Assembly: GCA_951406725.2 (NCBI GenBank)
Contig: OX597835.1
Location: 44,950,001-45,014,000 of the forward strand
Direction of reading: 5' to 3'
Source of the DNA: Octopus vulgaris
Lineage: Eukaryota
DNA length: 64,000 bases
Below, in pieces: positions 28,458 through 43,992 of the stretch; the stretch's first letter is position 1, and every line of letters starts with the position of its first letter. Made by a program: the position numbers and the translations under genes. The notes beneath the pieces were generated by a model that was given only the letters and a program-made list of their open reading frames with translations, was not told the DNA's origin and made no database searches.

Positions 28458-29481
28458 CACATGTATGAGTTTTGTATATATGTATATAGTTTTGACCGTG
28501 TCTTTTTGTGTATGTATATTAATATCCAATCGTACAAGGTGCTACCAATAGAATCAGAGTTCCAGCCAATGAGGTAGTCAATCTACTATAAATAGCTACT
28601 AAATTACCATGAAATCCTGCCCTACAGACTAAGGGACTGATGTTATATGCTCTATGCTCTATTTATTGTAGTTCTCATCGTTTTCTTCGACTTGTCCAGG
28701 TCCTGTTGATCCGATCCGCTCTCCTTCTTCATGTGGCATGTATTGTAATCGGGCCACAATGCCTCCAAAGACGAAAGGACAAACACGGAATGATATCATT
28801 TAATCGGCGTTCTGTTTGATCTGACTTAACCCGAAGCTTCATGATTTATAACTGACCGCCAGGGAGACGGCTACATCACAGTCACTCGAGCTGCTAGAAA
28901 TATACGTACGGCATACTGCAATGTCCTTGTCTTGAAGAGTATCGCTGCAATAAGTTTGTGAATCAGAGGGGAGAATATGTTGAATAAGATCATATATGAA
29001 CTGATTCGTCTGTAATATTTAATCAAAATCAGGAAATTTTTAGCACCTCAATGTAAATGATGTTTCTAAAATTTGAAGTGGCCATCTCTAAAATATGTAC
29101 GTGCACGTTAGTGTGAGGTGTATAATTAAATATTTGAAAGGAACATATTTCCAAAAACGTTTCACGTCTTATAGGAAAGGTATTCATTGCAAAATACATG
29201 TGAAATGGCCTGCTATTCTATGTATGTATGTATGTATGTATATGTATGTATGTGTGTATGTATGTGTGTATGTATGTACGTATGTATGTATGTGTATATG
29301 TATACATGTGTATGTATTTGTGTGTATATATGCATGTATTTATGGATATGTAAGTATACACATGTATGTATATATATATATATATATGTGTGTGTGTGCG
29401 TGTGTGTGTGTGTATGTATATACATACATATGATGTTTATATAACATATGTTTATGAGTACACACCCATATATACACACTC

Positions 29482-29514
<33 letters not shown>

Positions 29515-29819
29515 TATATCATGCAGATGTTCGCTTATTTCCATTTTTCTCAATCGAATTATGTTACATCGAATGTGGTACGTCTAACGACTTGACAATG
29601 AAACTTGGTTATGTAATTTGCGTTATTTAATAAATAATCACTCATTGTTAATGACGCTAACGTAAAAGTGTGCTGCTAAATATTCAATAAACAATCTCAC
29701 ATATTTTCCCTTGCTTTCTTTAAGTAGGATATGTAACACCCAAATTCTTCATCCGTTTCGAATGATACAAATTCACTAAGACAAATAGACAAGTACTGAA
29801 TATTTATATCGCAATTTCT

Positions 29820-30570
<751 letters not shown>

Positions 30571-30574
30571 TGTG

Positions 30575-30755
30575 TTTGTGCGTGTTTGTTGAGAGAGAGG
30601 TCAATGAAAACGGCCATATCACCAAAGATACTTTGAAAGCTGTCATAGTCAGAATAATGTCCAAAATGAACCAGGACCACTTGACCCGAGCATGTAGATG
30701 ATTTAGATCTCATATAGAAGCAGTTTTTGAAGCTGAAGGTGGCGTTATTGAATAA
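30575..30755 (+). pseudogene. C-terminal fragment of a Tc1/mariner (maT-like) transposase
   Basis: VEREVNENGHITKDTLKAVIVRIMSKMNQDHLTRACR*FRSHIEAVFEAEGGVIE* fits the R-x-E-A-V-I-x-A-x-G-G-x-I-E transposase end. Confidence 0.65.
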
Positions 30756-30814
30756 CATAATAGAAAGGAATGTATATTTTTATCCTGATTGTATTTTATT
30801 GATAAATAAAATTA

Positions 30815-31105
30815 TCTCTCTCTTTTTACTCTTTTACTTGTTTCTGTCATTTGACTGTGGCCATGCTGGAGCACCGCCTTTAATCGAGCAAAATGACCCC
30901 AGGACATATTCTTTGTAAGCCTAGTACTTATTCTGTCGTTCTCTTTTGCCGATCCGCTAAGTTACGGGGACGTAAACACATCAGTCTTTGATTGGCCCGA
31001 GGCTATAGTAGAAGAGATTTGCCTAAGGTGCCACGCAGTGAGACTGAACCCAGAACCATGTGGTTCGTAATCAAGCTACTTACCACACAGTCACTCCTAC
31101 GCCTT
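30815..31105 (-). mobile_element. SINE family B with internal deletion
   Basis: Tail TTTTACTCTTTTACTTGTTTCTGTCATTTGACTGTGGCCATGCTGGAGCACCGCC and head AAGCTACTTACCACACAGTCACTCCTACGCC are present; the central part is missing. Confidence 0.85.
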
Positions 31106-31148
31106 TGTTATAAACAAAAATCTGTCCTCATATATCTTACTCACCTTG

Positions 31149-31218
<70 letters not shown>

Positions 31219-31226
<8 letters not shown>

Positions 31227-31784
31227 ATGTTACATTACTCGGTAGTCAAGATAAAACTCTGAGTTTCAGATGCCGAAGTGGAAATCCACAACACCATCTC
31301 TTCGGTTATCTGGCTATTTGAAAACGTTATGAAAAAATACCGTTAAAAATGAAGGGAAATTACTCTGTTATAACTCTGCTTTGCCTGCGTACTTATACAT
31401 CGCTCGCATTTTTCGTCATAAAAATTATATAAAAATACATAAAAATATATAAAAATATATAAAAATATATAAAATCTTCTTGGGACATAACACAGAAAGC
31501 ATGTTCTATCCGTTTTCTTTAGGGGACCAAAAAACGATGTATAAGTACGCAGGCAAAGCAGAGTTATAACAGAGTAATTTCCCTTCATTTTTAACGGTAT
31601 TTTTTCATAACGTTTTCAAATAGCCAGATAACCGAAGAGATGGTGTTGTGGATTTCCACTTCGGCATCTGAAACTCAGAGTTTTATCTTGACTACCGAGT
31701 AATGTAACATATTGTATAGATAAATTTCCTCTATTTACATAATATTGAGGTCTCTTTCTTTCTTTTGTTATCTTACCGTTTTAT

Positions 31785-31790
<6 letters not shown>
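31219..31790. mobile_element. (TA)n-flanked insert with a perfect 184-bp inverted repeat, each arm containing a hammerhead-like fold (Penelope-like pLTR architecture)
   Basis: Arms 31219-31402 and 31535-31718 are exact reverse complements by eye; 132-bp spacer; ~72-bp one-sided extension. Homologous to 57454-57720. Confidence 0.8.
31621..31693 (+). ncRNA. Predicted type-I hammerhead-like fold, core CCGAAGA (mirror copy at ~31244-31316 on minus)
   Basis: Helix I AGATAA/TTATCT; core at 31632-31638; helix II GATG...GTGG-ATTT-CCAC...CATC; GAAA at 31670-31673; helix III ACTC-A-GAGT; GUU site ending at 31682. Confidence 0.6.
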
Positions 31791-33232
<1,442 letters not shown>

Positions 33233-34155
33233 AGATATATATGCATGTATGTATGCATCCATGTGCGTGCCTGTCTGCGCACGGGTGCGGGTATGTATGT
33301 CTACGTAATTATTCAGTCTTATTTCAAGATTCCTTGCGAATAAAGAGCGGGTTTCTAACCAAGATTCAAGGCTCCTTCATTGGAATATCAGCAATAACAA
33401 CAGGATGTATTTGTTTGTATGTATGTATGTAGGTATTATGTATGTGTGTATGTATGTATATATGTATGTATGTAAATATGTATGTATGTTTTTATGTGTG
33501 TGTGTGCGTATGTATGTATGTGGGTATGTATACGTGCAGATTTGTAAGTTTTGTTTTATGTATGCCTTCTAATGCATATACTTGCATATCAAGGCATACT
33601 CACATATATTGAAATGTTGAATTTCTGGAAGCTTTTACAGATGTTTCAAGTTCCAATGATGGACTTGATCTGTAGTCTTCGTATCAGCTTACACTACTCT
33701 TGTTTTGAGAAGCCTAATTTCTCAAGATTGGTATTTAGGCAGTGTATTACATAGCCCATGTATGTATGTATGCATGTGTGTATGTATGTATGTATGTATG
33801 TATGTATGCATGTATGTATGTATGTATGTATGTATGTATGCATGTATGCATGTATGTTTGCTTGTATGTATGCATGTTTTGATGTAATGTTTACATGTTG
33901 CGTTAGAGCAAACATTACTGCGATATCTACCAAGAGACACACCTTCATGTGTTTTCAGGACGTGCAATCACGGCGTTTTTGACATCAGCAATCAGCGTAA
34001 CTTCCGCTGCCACGTCCACTCGGACTCATGAATTCAGCGAACCTCGACCTTGTCAAAAGTAGACACCGGACTGCTTGAAACTAGAAATGATCCTCTAGAA
34101 ATTTATATACATATGCATGTGTGTGTGTGTGTGTGTGTATTAATATGTATATATG

Positions 34156-34192
<37 letters not shown>

Positions 34193-34202
34193 CATATATA
34201 TG

Positions 34203-34233
<31 letters not shown>

Positions 34234-34251
34234 TATATATAAGCATATATA

Positions 34252-34303
<52 letters not shown>

Positions 34304-34503
34304 CATATATATGAATATATATATATATATTTAATAGATATATAAATATATATATTTATTTATATATATGCGTAATGCTACAAGCAAAACACCAACGCGT
34401 ACACAATTACACACACAGACACATATACGTATTTAACAAAATGAGCAAATATACATACATATACATATACCAGCACATATTTTGATGTATTCGTGTGTGT
34501 ATA

Positions 34504-34546
<43 letters not shown>

Positions 34547-35019
34547 GTGTGTGTGTGTGTGTGTCAACCTGTACGCTTATGCGTTTAGCGTTTGAGCGTG
34601 AGCTAGTACTTGTCCCTGTGTGTGTTTAATTATGTTCGTTTGCATACGGATGTTTAAATGGCGTGAAGTACTTAATATTTAACGAGATTCCGATTTAATC
34701 TCTTTCAAAGATCTATTTATTGTGTTTTAAATATTTCGAATTCATTCTCAGAATTACGAATAATTTCCTGCGTCCCTCTCTTTCTTTTCCCCTTCTCTCT
34801 CTTCCACTTCTCTCTAACCTATTATACATTGTTCGTCTCACTGGTGTTATTCCAGTTATTGTTTTGGCATAAATCTTCAATTACCGTTCTTGACAATTAT
34901 GTGGAAATGATGTTCTTAATAATGTACATAATTTTCCATTCTGTTGAATGTTTGAATATTCATTTCATTTTCGACCATTTTTTTCCTTACCGAAATATCA
35001 AAGAAAATGTATACTTATA

Positions 35020-35111
35020 TACATACATACATACATACATACATACATACATACATACATACATACATACATACATACATACATACATACATACATACAT
35101 ACATACATACA

Positions 35112-35147
<36 letters not shown>

Positions 35148-35148
35148 T
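35020..35148. repeat. (TACA)n microsatellite
   Basis: Directly visible. Confidence 0.95.
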
Positions 35149-35498
35149 AACGAAAGACAAGGTAATTGCTATTTTTTATGTTGTTACAAGTTTTGTTCTA
35201 CTTGTCATTTAGCCCAAGGTCATCAATCTTCCAACGGTCTTGTGATGAAACTGTCCGAATCGTGTCTGTTCCGTAAGTTTTCTATTAAAATCTATTATGT
35301 ATCTTATAATGCAATGTGTTTTCTAATATTCTCACAGTGAAGAGAATGTTCTCCTTTCAGCTGCGAATGTTCTTCTCATAAATTTATAGTTACAAACCAC
35401 AGAAATATTTCTCTGCCTTTGTAGCACTATTAGACAATGCAAAATCCCATGTGAAGACGAATATCACAGTATTCCGGCTTTCCTAGTGCATATCAATA

Positions 35499-35886
35499 GT
35501 AGAGGCGCAATGGCCCAGTGGTTAGGGCAGCGGACTCGCGGTCATAGGATCGCGGTTTCGATTCCCAGACCGGGCGTTGTGAGTGTTTATTGAGCGAAAA
35601 CACCTAAAGCTCCACGAGGCTCCGGCAGGGGATGGTGGTGATCCCTGCTGTACTCTTTCACCACGACTTTCTCTCACTCTTTCTTCTTGTTTCTGTTATA
35701 CCTGTATTTCAAAGGGCCGGCCTTGTCACTCGCTGTGTCACGCTGAATATCCTCGAGAACTACATTTAGGGTACACGTGTCTGTAGAGTGCTCAGCCACT
35801 TGCATGCTAATTTCACGAGCAGGCTGTCCCGTTGATTCGGATCAACCGGAACCCTCGTCGTCGTAACCGATGGAGTGCTTCCATCC
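35499..35886 (+). mobile_element. tRNA-derived SINE (family C here) with TSD
   Basis: A-box TGGCCCAGTGG and B-box GTTTCGATTCC; TSD ATCAATA at 35492-35498 and 35887-35893. A highly similar copy lies at 62928-63312 (-). Confidence 0.9.
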
Positions 35887-36037
35887 ATCAATACACACAT
35901 CTCTATTCTCAACAAATTCCTGCATCTGTCACTAATAAAATCTTGCTAAATATGTTTGTATATATGCATGGATTATTTGACGCTGCATCGTAGAACTTTA
36001 GCGTCTGTCATTCTGCTTAAAATGGTAGGACATAGTG

Positions 36038-36303
36038 CCTTGGTTCCCAATATTTTCAGGCTGCCGCCCCTTGGCACCTAGGCCACATTCCCGGCGACCC
36101 TCACCCTCTCACCACCATAAACAGCCCACTTTCTGCAGCAAATTCGTAACAATTTATTTCACAAATAAAACTATGCCATCATGTTGTACTTTTTACATCC
36201 ATCGTTTTGGACACACCATTATCACCTCACCTTTCTTCAACATCCCGCCCTGAGTCTTTCCACGACCGCCAGGGAACACTACCACCCGCTTGGAGAACTC
36301 CTG
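36038..36303. mobile_element. Degenerate hAT-type MITE
   Basis: Termini CCTTGGTTCCCAA / TGGAGAACTCCTG; flanks ACATAGTG / GTATAGTG (6 of 8 match, central TA). Confidence 0.45.
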
Positions 36304-36965
36304 GTATAGTGTTTGATCTGAAGGTAGTTTAATAAAATTTCTAACAAAAGGAGGAACCTCGTGGAAGATTTTATTTTTGCGTTGGTGATGTTACTCTGTC
36401 AGATGGTAACTCTTTATTATCAAATATTTCTGATGTTCACCTTTAATGTTACTATCATTATTGCAGTAGTCGCCGTATCCTTCTACCTTTGAAGATGATA
36501 TAGTTAATTTTTGAGGATTATTGGGCTGCTATTTCCGGCCGGATGTGTGACCTCCCTGATTTTTATAGGTAAAAACATTGTTCTTCGATTCAACTTTGCG
36601 TATATGAACGAGTTGGATAATTTTTGCATGTGTTTGTGTTTTTATGTATGTGGTTGTGTGAACATTGTCAAGACACCAAGTGTCTGGCATTTGCATGAAA
36701 TATAATACAACATGAATAAAAGTCGCATATACTTTTAACCATTCCAGTTGTACAATGACGCTGCTATCGAACAGATTAATGAAAAAATTATGTTATTGTA
36801 TTATAATACACTTAACGTCGTGTTAGATTTATTTTGTATAGAAATGCGAGAAGGTATTTCCGAGTGAATTTCATTGTTTGCGGTGAAAGCTTTACTAACT
36901 TGAAATTTTAACCTATGGGGAAATGTGCCAACTTAAACAGTGAAAAAGTGATATTTCCGTTGCTA

Positions 36966-37013
<48 letters not shown>

Positions 37014-37085
37014 GAGACGCATCCCGTTGCTCGCACCAACACATAGAAAAACGAATTGAAGAAGGCATGTACATGTATAAATATG

Positions 37086-37127
<42 letters not shown>

Positions 37128-37499
37128 CATGTATATATGTATCATGGTGAGAATACGTATAAAGTACAAAGAATAAGTGAGTGGAGAAGGCTTTGAATGT
37201 AAGGTGGGAAATCCTATATTGGAATTCATGATTGCGTGCTTGCACAGGTAAGACCACATGCTAAGAATTGACACAGACATGGCTGTAGACCTCCTGCGTC
37301 GAAACCCGTCGTTTGCAAGTGTGTATATTGTAAATATAATTGTATAAGTTTTGGCATTTTCTTTTGAATATGTAGAAATTAGTTTAATAGCGGGGCAGAT
37401 ATAACTACGACGTAAAAAAAGGCGTGTTAGTGTACGTGCACTAATATTCTATTTATTCGTCATGAATTTATGAGTGCCAATATCAGACAATTTTCTATT

Positions 37500-37700
37500 A
37501 ATGTTGGAATTTACAAAAAAAAACAAAAACAAAAGATGAAGACGCGTGTGTAAACAACAAACACATGCATTAGTTTAACGTTCGGGAAATGAGAAAGTCC
37601 TTTATGTTTCGAGCCTACGCTCTTCGACAGAAAGAAACACAGAAAGAGGCAGAGAGAGGAAACAGAAAAAGGTTTAGTGGCTGGCGATCTTTCATTTCTA
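37500..37700 (-). mobile_element. Short repeat with hammerhead-like motif (core CTGTCGA), related to 58850-59030
   Basis: Minus strand 37633-37599 reads TTT-CTGTCGA-A-GAGC-GTAG-GCTC-GAAA-CAT-AAAGG; downstream T-rich body similar to 58945-59030. Confidence 0.55.
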
Positions 37701-37937
37701 TATAAGCAACAAATAAGTTGACTCTATTTCCAAAACTCTCTCTCATCACCATTTGGTAATTTATGCAGAAGATTTATACATACATACACGAATATGTGTG
37801 TGTGTGTGTACGTGTGTGTGGGCGTCTTTACACCTAGAACGTACTTTTATCTGCTGTTTCTACCGTTAATATATGTATGTATATATGCATTACCGCTACA
37901 CCATACCTAATACACTATATTTATGTATATATGCATT

Positions 37938-37997
<60 letters not shown>

Positions 37998-38194
37998 GTA
38001 CATACAAATGCTTACGTTCTTATGCGTGTGTATGTGCTATTAGGTGCTGTAACTTAGTGGTTCGTCAAAAATACCAAAGAGAATAAATAGCAGACTAATA
38101 CAAATGTGTGGATTATAACTTGTTTCTTACTGATATTATTTATACAACCTTATTCCGTTCCTATTTTCGATTTAATGACTGATCATCCCATATA

Positions 38195-38400
38195 TTGGTT
38201 TCAAACTTTGGCGTCAGGCCTGAGATTACAGGGCAGAGCAGAAGTCGATTGGATCGACCCTAGGTTTGGACTGGTACGTGTTTTATCGACCCCGAAAGGA
38301 GTAGGGGAAGGCAAAGTCGACCTCGCCGGAAATTCAACTGAGAAAACAAAAACGGGCGAAATACTACTAAACATTTTGTCCAGCTTTCTGACCATTCTAC
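38195..38400 (-). mobile_element. SINE family A
   Basis: TATCGACCCCGAAAGGA...AAGGCAAAGTCGACCTCGCCGGAAATT. Confidence 0.7.
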
Positions 38401-38599
38401 CCTCTTACCACGTTACATTTCATCCCACATATTGATTCGGGTTTTCTTGGATAGATTAAGAAGTCGGTACCCCCGGGAAACACATATCTCAACTGATTAG
38501 ATTTAATGTGATTTGTCAAACGTCCAAATATTCTTTGCCAAATGCCCAGATATTTTTTTCGGTCAATTAACATAAATCATTGTCATTTTGTATCACTTT

Positions 38600-38831
38600 A
38601 TTCGTTATATCTTTTAATTGTTTTCTCTCAATAAACTGCGGCCATTCTGGAGTAACGGCTTGGAGAATTTTTAATCGAAAGCATCAGCCATAATACTTAT
38701 TATTTTTGTTAAGCCCGATACAACGATACTCAGTCTATCGGGCTTTTTTGGCGAACCACTAAATTAGACACACACACAGATATACAGTCAAAAAAGCATG
38801 TTATATATATGTGTAATGAAAACACAAATCA

Positions 38832-38863
<32 letters not shown>

Positions 38864-39025
38864 GACGGATTTTTTTTCACTTTTCGTCTGCCAAATACAT
38901 TCTCAAGTCTTTAGTTGGCCCGAAGCTCTACTAGAAGACAGTTTCGCAAAACTCCACGCAGTGGGATTGAACCTGGAACCATGTGTTGGGAAGCAAACTT
39001 TTTACAACACAAGGCCTGCGCCTAT
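38600..39025 (-). mobile_element. Degenerate SINE family B
   Basis: CTGCGGCCATTCTGGAG...ATACGACGG...CCACGCAGTGGGATTGAACCTGGAACCATGTG...CTGCGCCTAT. Confidence 0.7.
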
Positions 39026-39849
39026 ATCTCAACAAATGCCATCATATATTACTGATAATGTTTATATCTGCAGCTGGACATTTTTTTTCCTGCAATGATC
39101 AGGCTTGTGTGGTACATGATTGTGGAAGAATGATTGTTTGCTATGCATTCAGACCCCTCATTTCCAACTTAAGTGCGACACCGATATATCACGTCCCCAC
39201 CGTTCTTTCAGGAAGACGGCAGAAATAACGTTAAGCAATTTATTTGATACTCAAATAATTCCACGAAACTATCGTCCTGTGTTGGTAATTTTTAGTCGCT
39301 AAAGAATAAAAAAGAAAAAATGATAAGACTAAGCTGACCTTGGTAAGATTTGAACACAGGGACAGGGAACAAATTCTGCGAAATAAAAGTTTATGCAACA
39401 CTTTAAAGAATCGACCGATTTAACGCCATTTAAAAGCACGTGTGCATTAAGATAATGCTCGGCATTTGTTTTTAAAAGGGGGAAGTTTTCAGGTCAAGCG
39501 ACGACATACAATCTCTTACCGTTAGAGACGGAGAATTAAAGCACGCCAAGATTTCATTCATCAAAAGAAAGTACTTAAAAGTAATAATCTGCGTCCATCT
39601 GTCATATTAAATAGTAAAACGAAATCAAGTAGAGCAGAGAAAGTTTTACAAGTTAGCTCAAGTCTGTGACAAATGTACATTAGATCGAGAAAAGCTGATT
39701 GACATCAAAGCATTATGTCTTCCCCTCCGTGTTCTGTAACGAATATGCAATGTCGGATTTTGTAAAGGACAAAGCTAAAAGTAAAATCCGAAAAGAATTA
39801 GTGGACATTATCAAAAAGATTGTAGCAAAAGTTTTCGGTGACATTGCTA

Positions 39850-39870
39850 TTATTATCATTTATTATTATC

Positions 39871-39969
<99 letters not shown>

Positions 39970-41130
39970 ACATTTGATAGTTTCAGGCAAATCTCTACTG
40001 CATCATCTGCTACACATCCGTGCTGCAGCAGTTTGTATTGTTGTTTTTCTTTTGCTTCGGTGGTAGTTCGGTTACAGACACTTCTCGGTATCGCATTGCA
40101 TCAATTTGGTTTTTTTTTTACTGGGTTTGTTTGCCGTGTTTTGTTGTATTACTGTTTTGTATTCTGTTTTTGTGTGTATAATTGCGAGATGTGATCTTCT
40201 GTTGGGTAGCCGACCTGCAGAATACATATGGCGAGGGGTTGTTTATTTTATTGCATAATTACTATATAGCGTGTGTTTGTGTTTGTGGATAGTTTCGTTT
40301 GGGTTGTACAATTGAATTGATATGTCTTGGGTAGGATGTGAGCTGTTCCTGGCAGGTTTATATTGGAGAATGTGTAGTGTTGAGGGTCTGCGTATAACTT
40401 CTATGTTTTTCTTCATCATACCCTCTTTTTTAACGCACTTGATGCTCCAGTTATTACTGGTATTAATTTTATTTCCATGCCTCACCTCTTAAATATTTCA
40501 ATTTCGAGAGATTTTGACTTTGACAGTTTTTCCATATCTTTGTGGGCAAGATCCTGTTAAGAAGGGACTGCAATATCTGCTACGAAGCAGATATTTTTGC
40601 TTTTTGACATCTTAGTCAGTGTGAACAGGAATATCCCACATGACTGTGGCCTAGTCTTTCTCATGCACATGTTTATACCAATTCATGTTAGGTATTTTTT
40701 AATGTTGTAGTCTTGGTATACAGCGCAGTGGATATATTTACCTGCTACATGTTTCTGTATATATGTTCAGATTTGTCCTAGGACTGGAAAGCCAGAGATG
40801 ATGTGATCAGCTGTTGTATTGTTTTAATTGAACATTCAGCATTTGGTGTTAGAACCTGTTTTCATTATTTTGCTTTTATAGTTGTTTGGGGTCAGGCATC
40901 GACCTTGTGCAGTGGGAACCAGTCCTTCCGTTTCTACTTTGAGTCCTGCGCTTCTTTGTCACTCTTTGTTTTACCTTAGGCTCACGTCTTCTATGCCAAA
41001 CCTTGCTCGGTATTGGCCAGGGGTTTAATGTTTTCTTTACATTTTCTCCTCAGTATGTCTTGCAATTCTGTATTTATGTTTTCATGAAAGTTTTTCGCAA
41101 GAGCAGCAACAGATATCATTCAGATTACTA
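39850..41130 (-). mobile_element. Decayed R4/Dong-like (RLE) non-LTR retrotransposon 3' portion ending in (TAA)n
   Basis: Minus-strand remnants GLKVETEGLVPTAQGRCL, KC*MF...DHIISGFPVL (CCHC region), WYKH, ATVMWDIPVHTD, MEKLSKSKSLEIEI, IPVITGA. The (TTA)n at 39850-39967 sits at the 3' end. Confidence 0.75.
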
Positions 41131-43493
41131 TGGCAGCAAAAAAAAAGAAGAAAAAAAACCCAGTTGAAAATATGCTAGGTAACAATTGAAAAGACATGTC
41201 AACAATTAAGTAAATTATAGGTACCCAAATACCTTATAGAAAATATGTGAAACGAAGAACATTTTACAAATTGTGATTCTGCTAAAACTTGACATGTGGG
41301 AATCTCCACATACGCTCAAAATGAAGGACGTTAGGAGGAGATATGTGCAGATATGAAATAAATATCTTTCTTTAAGCCTTGGAACTCATAAAGTCCCTTA
41401 TCCGGATTCTATTGAGTGTAAGTGACCGAGATCATAGTACTCAACTTGAACGGGACACCAGTCCGTTGAAGGGTGGGATGCCAACAATTTTGAGGGAAGA
41501 ATACGAGTAGATTACTGTAGACCCCAATGCTTGTGTGCTACATTATTTTATCTAAACGGACAGAATGAAAAGCAAAGTTAATCACGGCGCGGTTGTGAAC
41601 TCATAACGTAAAAGTCCAGGAGAATTGCTACAAGAATTTTGTAGCTCATCCTTACGATTCTGTCGGTTTGTCGTCTTATAGTTCATCAATAAGACTCTAT
41701 ATTTCGACACTTGCGGCAATTCCTCTTCGAGGATCTCATAATGAGGTGGAATGTGGAATTTGTGCTCATACCCATTCATATGTAAAGACGATTAGTAAAA
41801 TCGAACACCAAAGACATGTTTGACAAAGATAAGAACAAGAACGAACCTATATCAAGAACATCATAAGATAATAAATGTCTAATGTCTATCAGCACTAAAA
41901 TGATAGAATAATGTAGGTGTCATCTTTACGGTTCATTAATGCATAGAGACAATCCACTTATCTCTCTTGAAGTTGTCCATGCACCCTCTTATGTGATTGC
42001 AAAATTGGAGTTGCAACCATGAATGGAATATTTAGAAAAGTAGACGAAAGTTTGTATCAGTTTCTTTGTTAGAGTAGTGTCAGAAACAGAAAGTAAAATA
42101 CGAAATATTTTTGAAATCCACTGAACATGTAATGAGTGGCTTGCAGGGAATTCCGATTTAGAGTAAATGAGATGAAATAGTAAAGTCACTCACCAGGCAG
42201 AGTGTAATTGACAGAGGCTGTTTTACGATACGAGAAAGAAGGGAGTAGTTCTTTCAGCTAGCGTATAATCGATTATAGCATGAAAAATGCTACCGGGTGG
42301 AAAGTCTAACTTTTAGAAATAGTAAGTAAATATTCTTAAATTTACTCCCAGCATTGTGTCTTTGAGAGGGGAGGCACTTTCGATAATATAAGTCTACATA
42401 CAAAATGCTTTAAAATACAGTCATAGTTATAAATTCAAAATGTTCCTAAATACCTGAACAGACCGGGAAAATCTGCAAAGTGAAACTTAATTTCCCAAAT
42501 TAATTTCCATAGTTAATGGTTCGCAAGCAATATGAATATCGATGGAAAATTAATTTCGCTAAAGAAATTTCACAATATGGTAAGATTATCGGGTTGTCTA
42601 TTCTTGAATAACACGCAGAATTGCTGATCAATATGTATGGAAGACGGTGTAAACCACAAGAGTAAAGTAAACGTTAAAACAAATCCATGAGGATCCATAT
42701 TTCTTCACATCCATAATAGAATCCATTCTGGGCAAAATATTGAAGAATATTTAATAATGTGTGGCAGAGAGAGCTGAGCAAACTTTGGGTATTTTGAAGA
42801 AAGAGTAGTAATAAGAAAATAGCTTTGAAAATTGAGTAAAAGACTCGATGCATTTGGGTAAAGCCATTAAAATCATGTCAAGCTGAGAATATTGGTTATT
42901 CCGTGTACGACAATAAATTACAAGATATCATCACAATGGAAATATGCTGTAATAATCCTTTTTATTATAGGGATAAGGCTCGAAACTTTCATGGGGAGGG
43001 GAGTAGTCGATTACATCGCCCCCACCCCTAGTGCTCAACAGGTAAGAAATTCCGTTTAGAATTATGCTCAGAGCAACCTTAAGGTATGCCATTACTACTA
43101 CAATACAATTATCAGCTGCCTTAGAAATGGAAAGAAGAGAAAGTGTTATAACTTACCCGTTAGTATATCACTATGGCAGGTTTCATTACTTATGGGTATC
43201 TCATCAAGCTATATGCTTCTTCCGAGAAGAATAAAAGTGAAACGTACTATGATAAGATAGAAATAGGAATGTAGATAGATAGAGAAGACGATGGAACAGA
43301 GCCTGATGTGCTTTATTCGTTGAAATTTCATAGAGATACTAAAATACTAAACGGATATACTTTGCTTTATATTTTCAGTCGCGAAAGAATGGTCTGTGCA
43401 TTAGAGATTAATATAGACAGTTCCCTTCGTATGTATATATATTCCTGTATGAACCTAGCTATGTATATACGCATGTAAACACACACACTCACT

Positions 43494-43530
<37 letters not shown>

Positions 43531-43631
43531 ATACTTGCATATTGTTATACAAGCCAAAGTAGTTCTGTATATTATAATCTTCACACTTACACCCACATTC
43601 ACGTCCACTTATATTTGAAGGTATATCAGAG

Positions 43632-43693
<62 letters not shown>

Positions 43694-43828
43694 ATGTATA
43701 TATATATACATAAGTATGTATCTCCATATTTATATGTATATGATAAATGCATGTGAGCGCATGTATGTGTATATATTTGTTTAAATTTGCATACATGCTC
43801 ATACATATATATGTATATATGTATACAC

Positions 43829-43870
<42 letters not shown>

Positions 43871-43941
43871 CTGTATGCATGTATGTATGTATGCATGTAT
43901 ATATATATATATATATATGTATGCATGCATGTACACACGCA

Positions 43942-43992
<51 letters not shown>

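Noticed and set aside
42370-42930. Unique-looking sequence that might be an exon or decayed element
   Set aside because: No open frame, motif, terminus or second copy found by eye.
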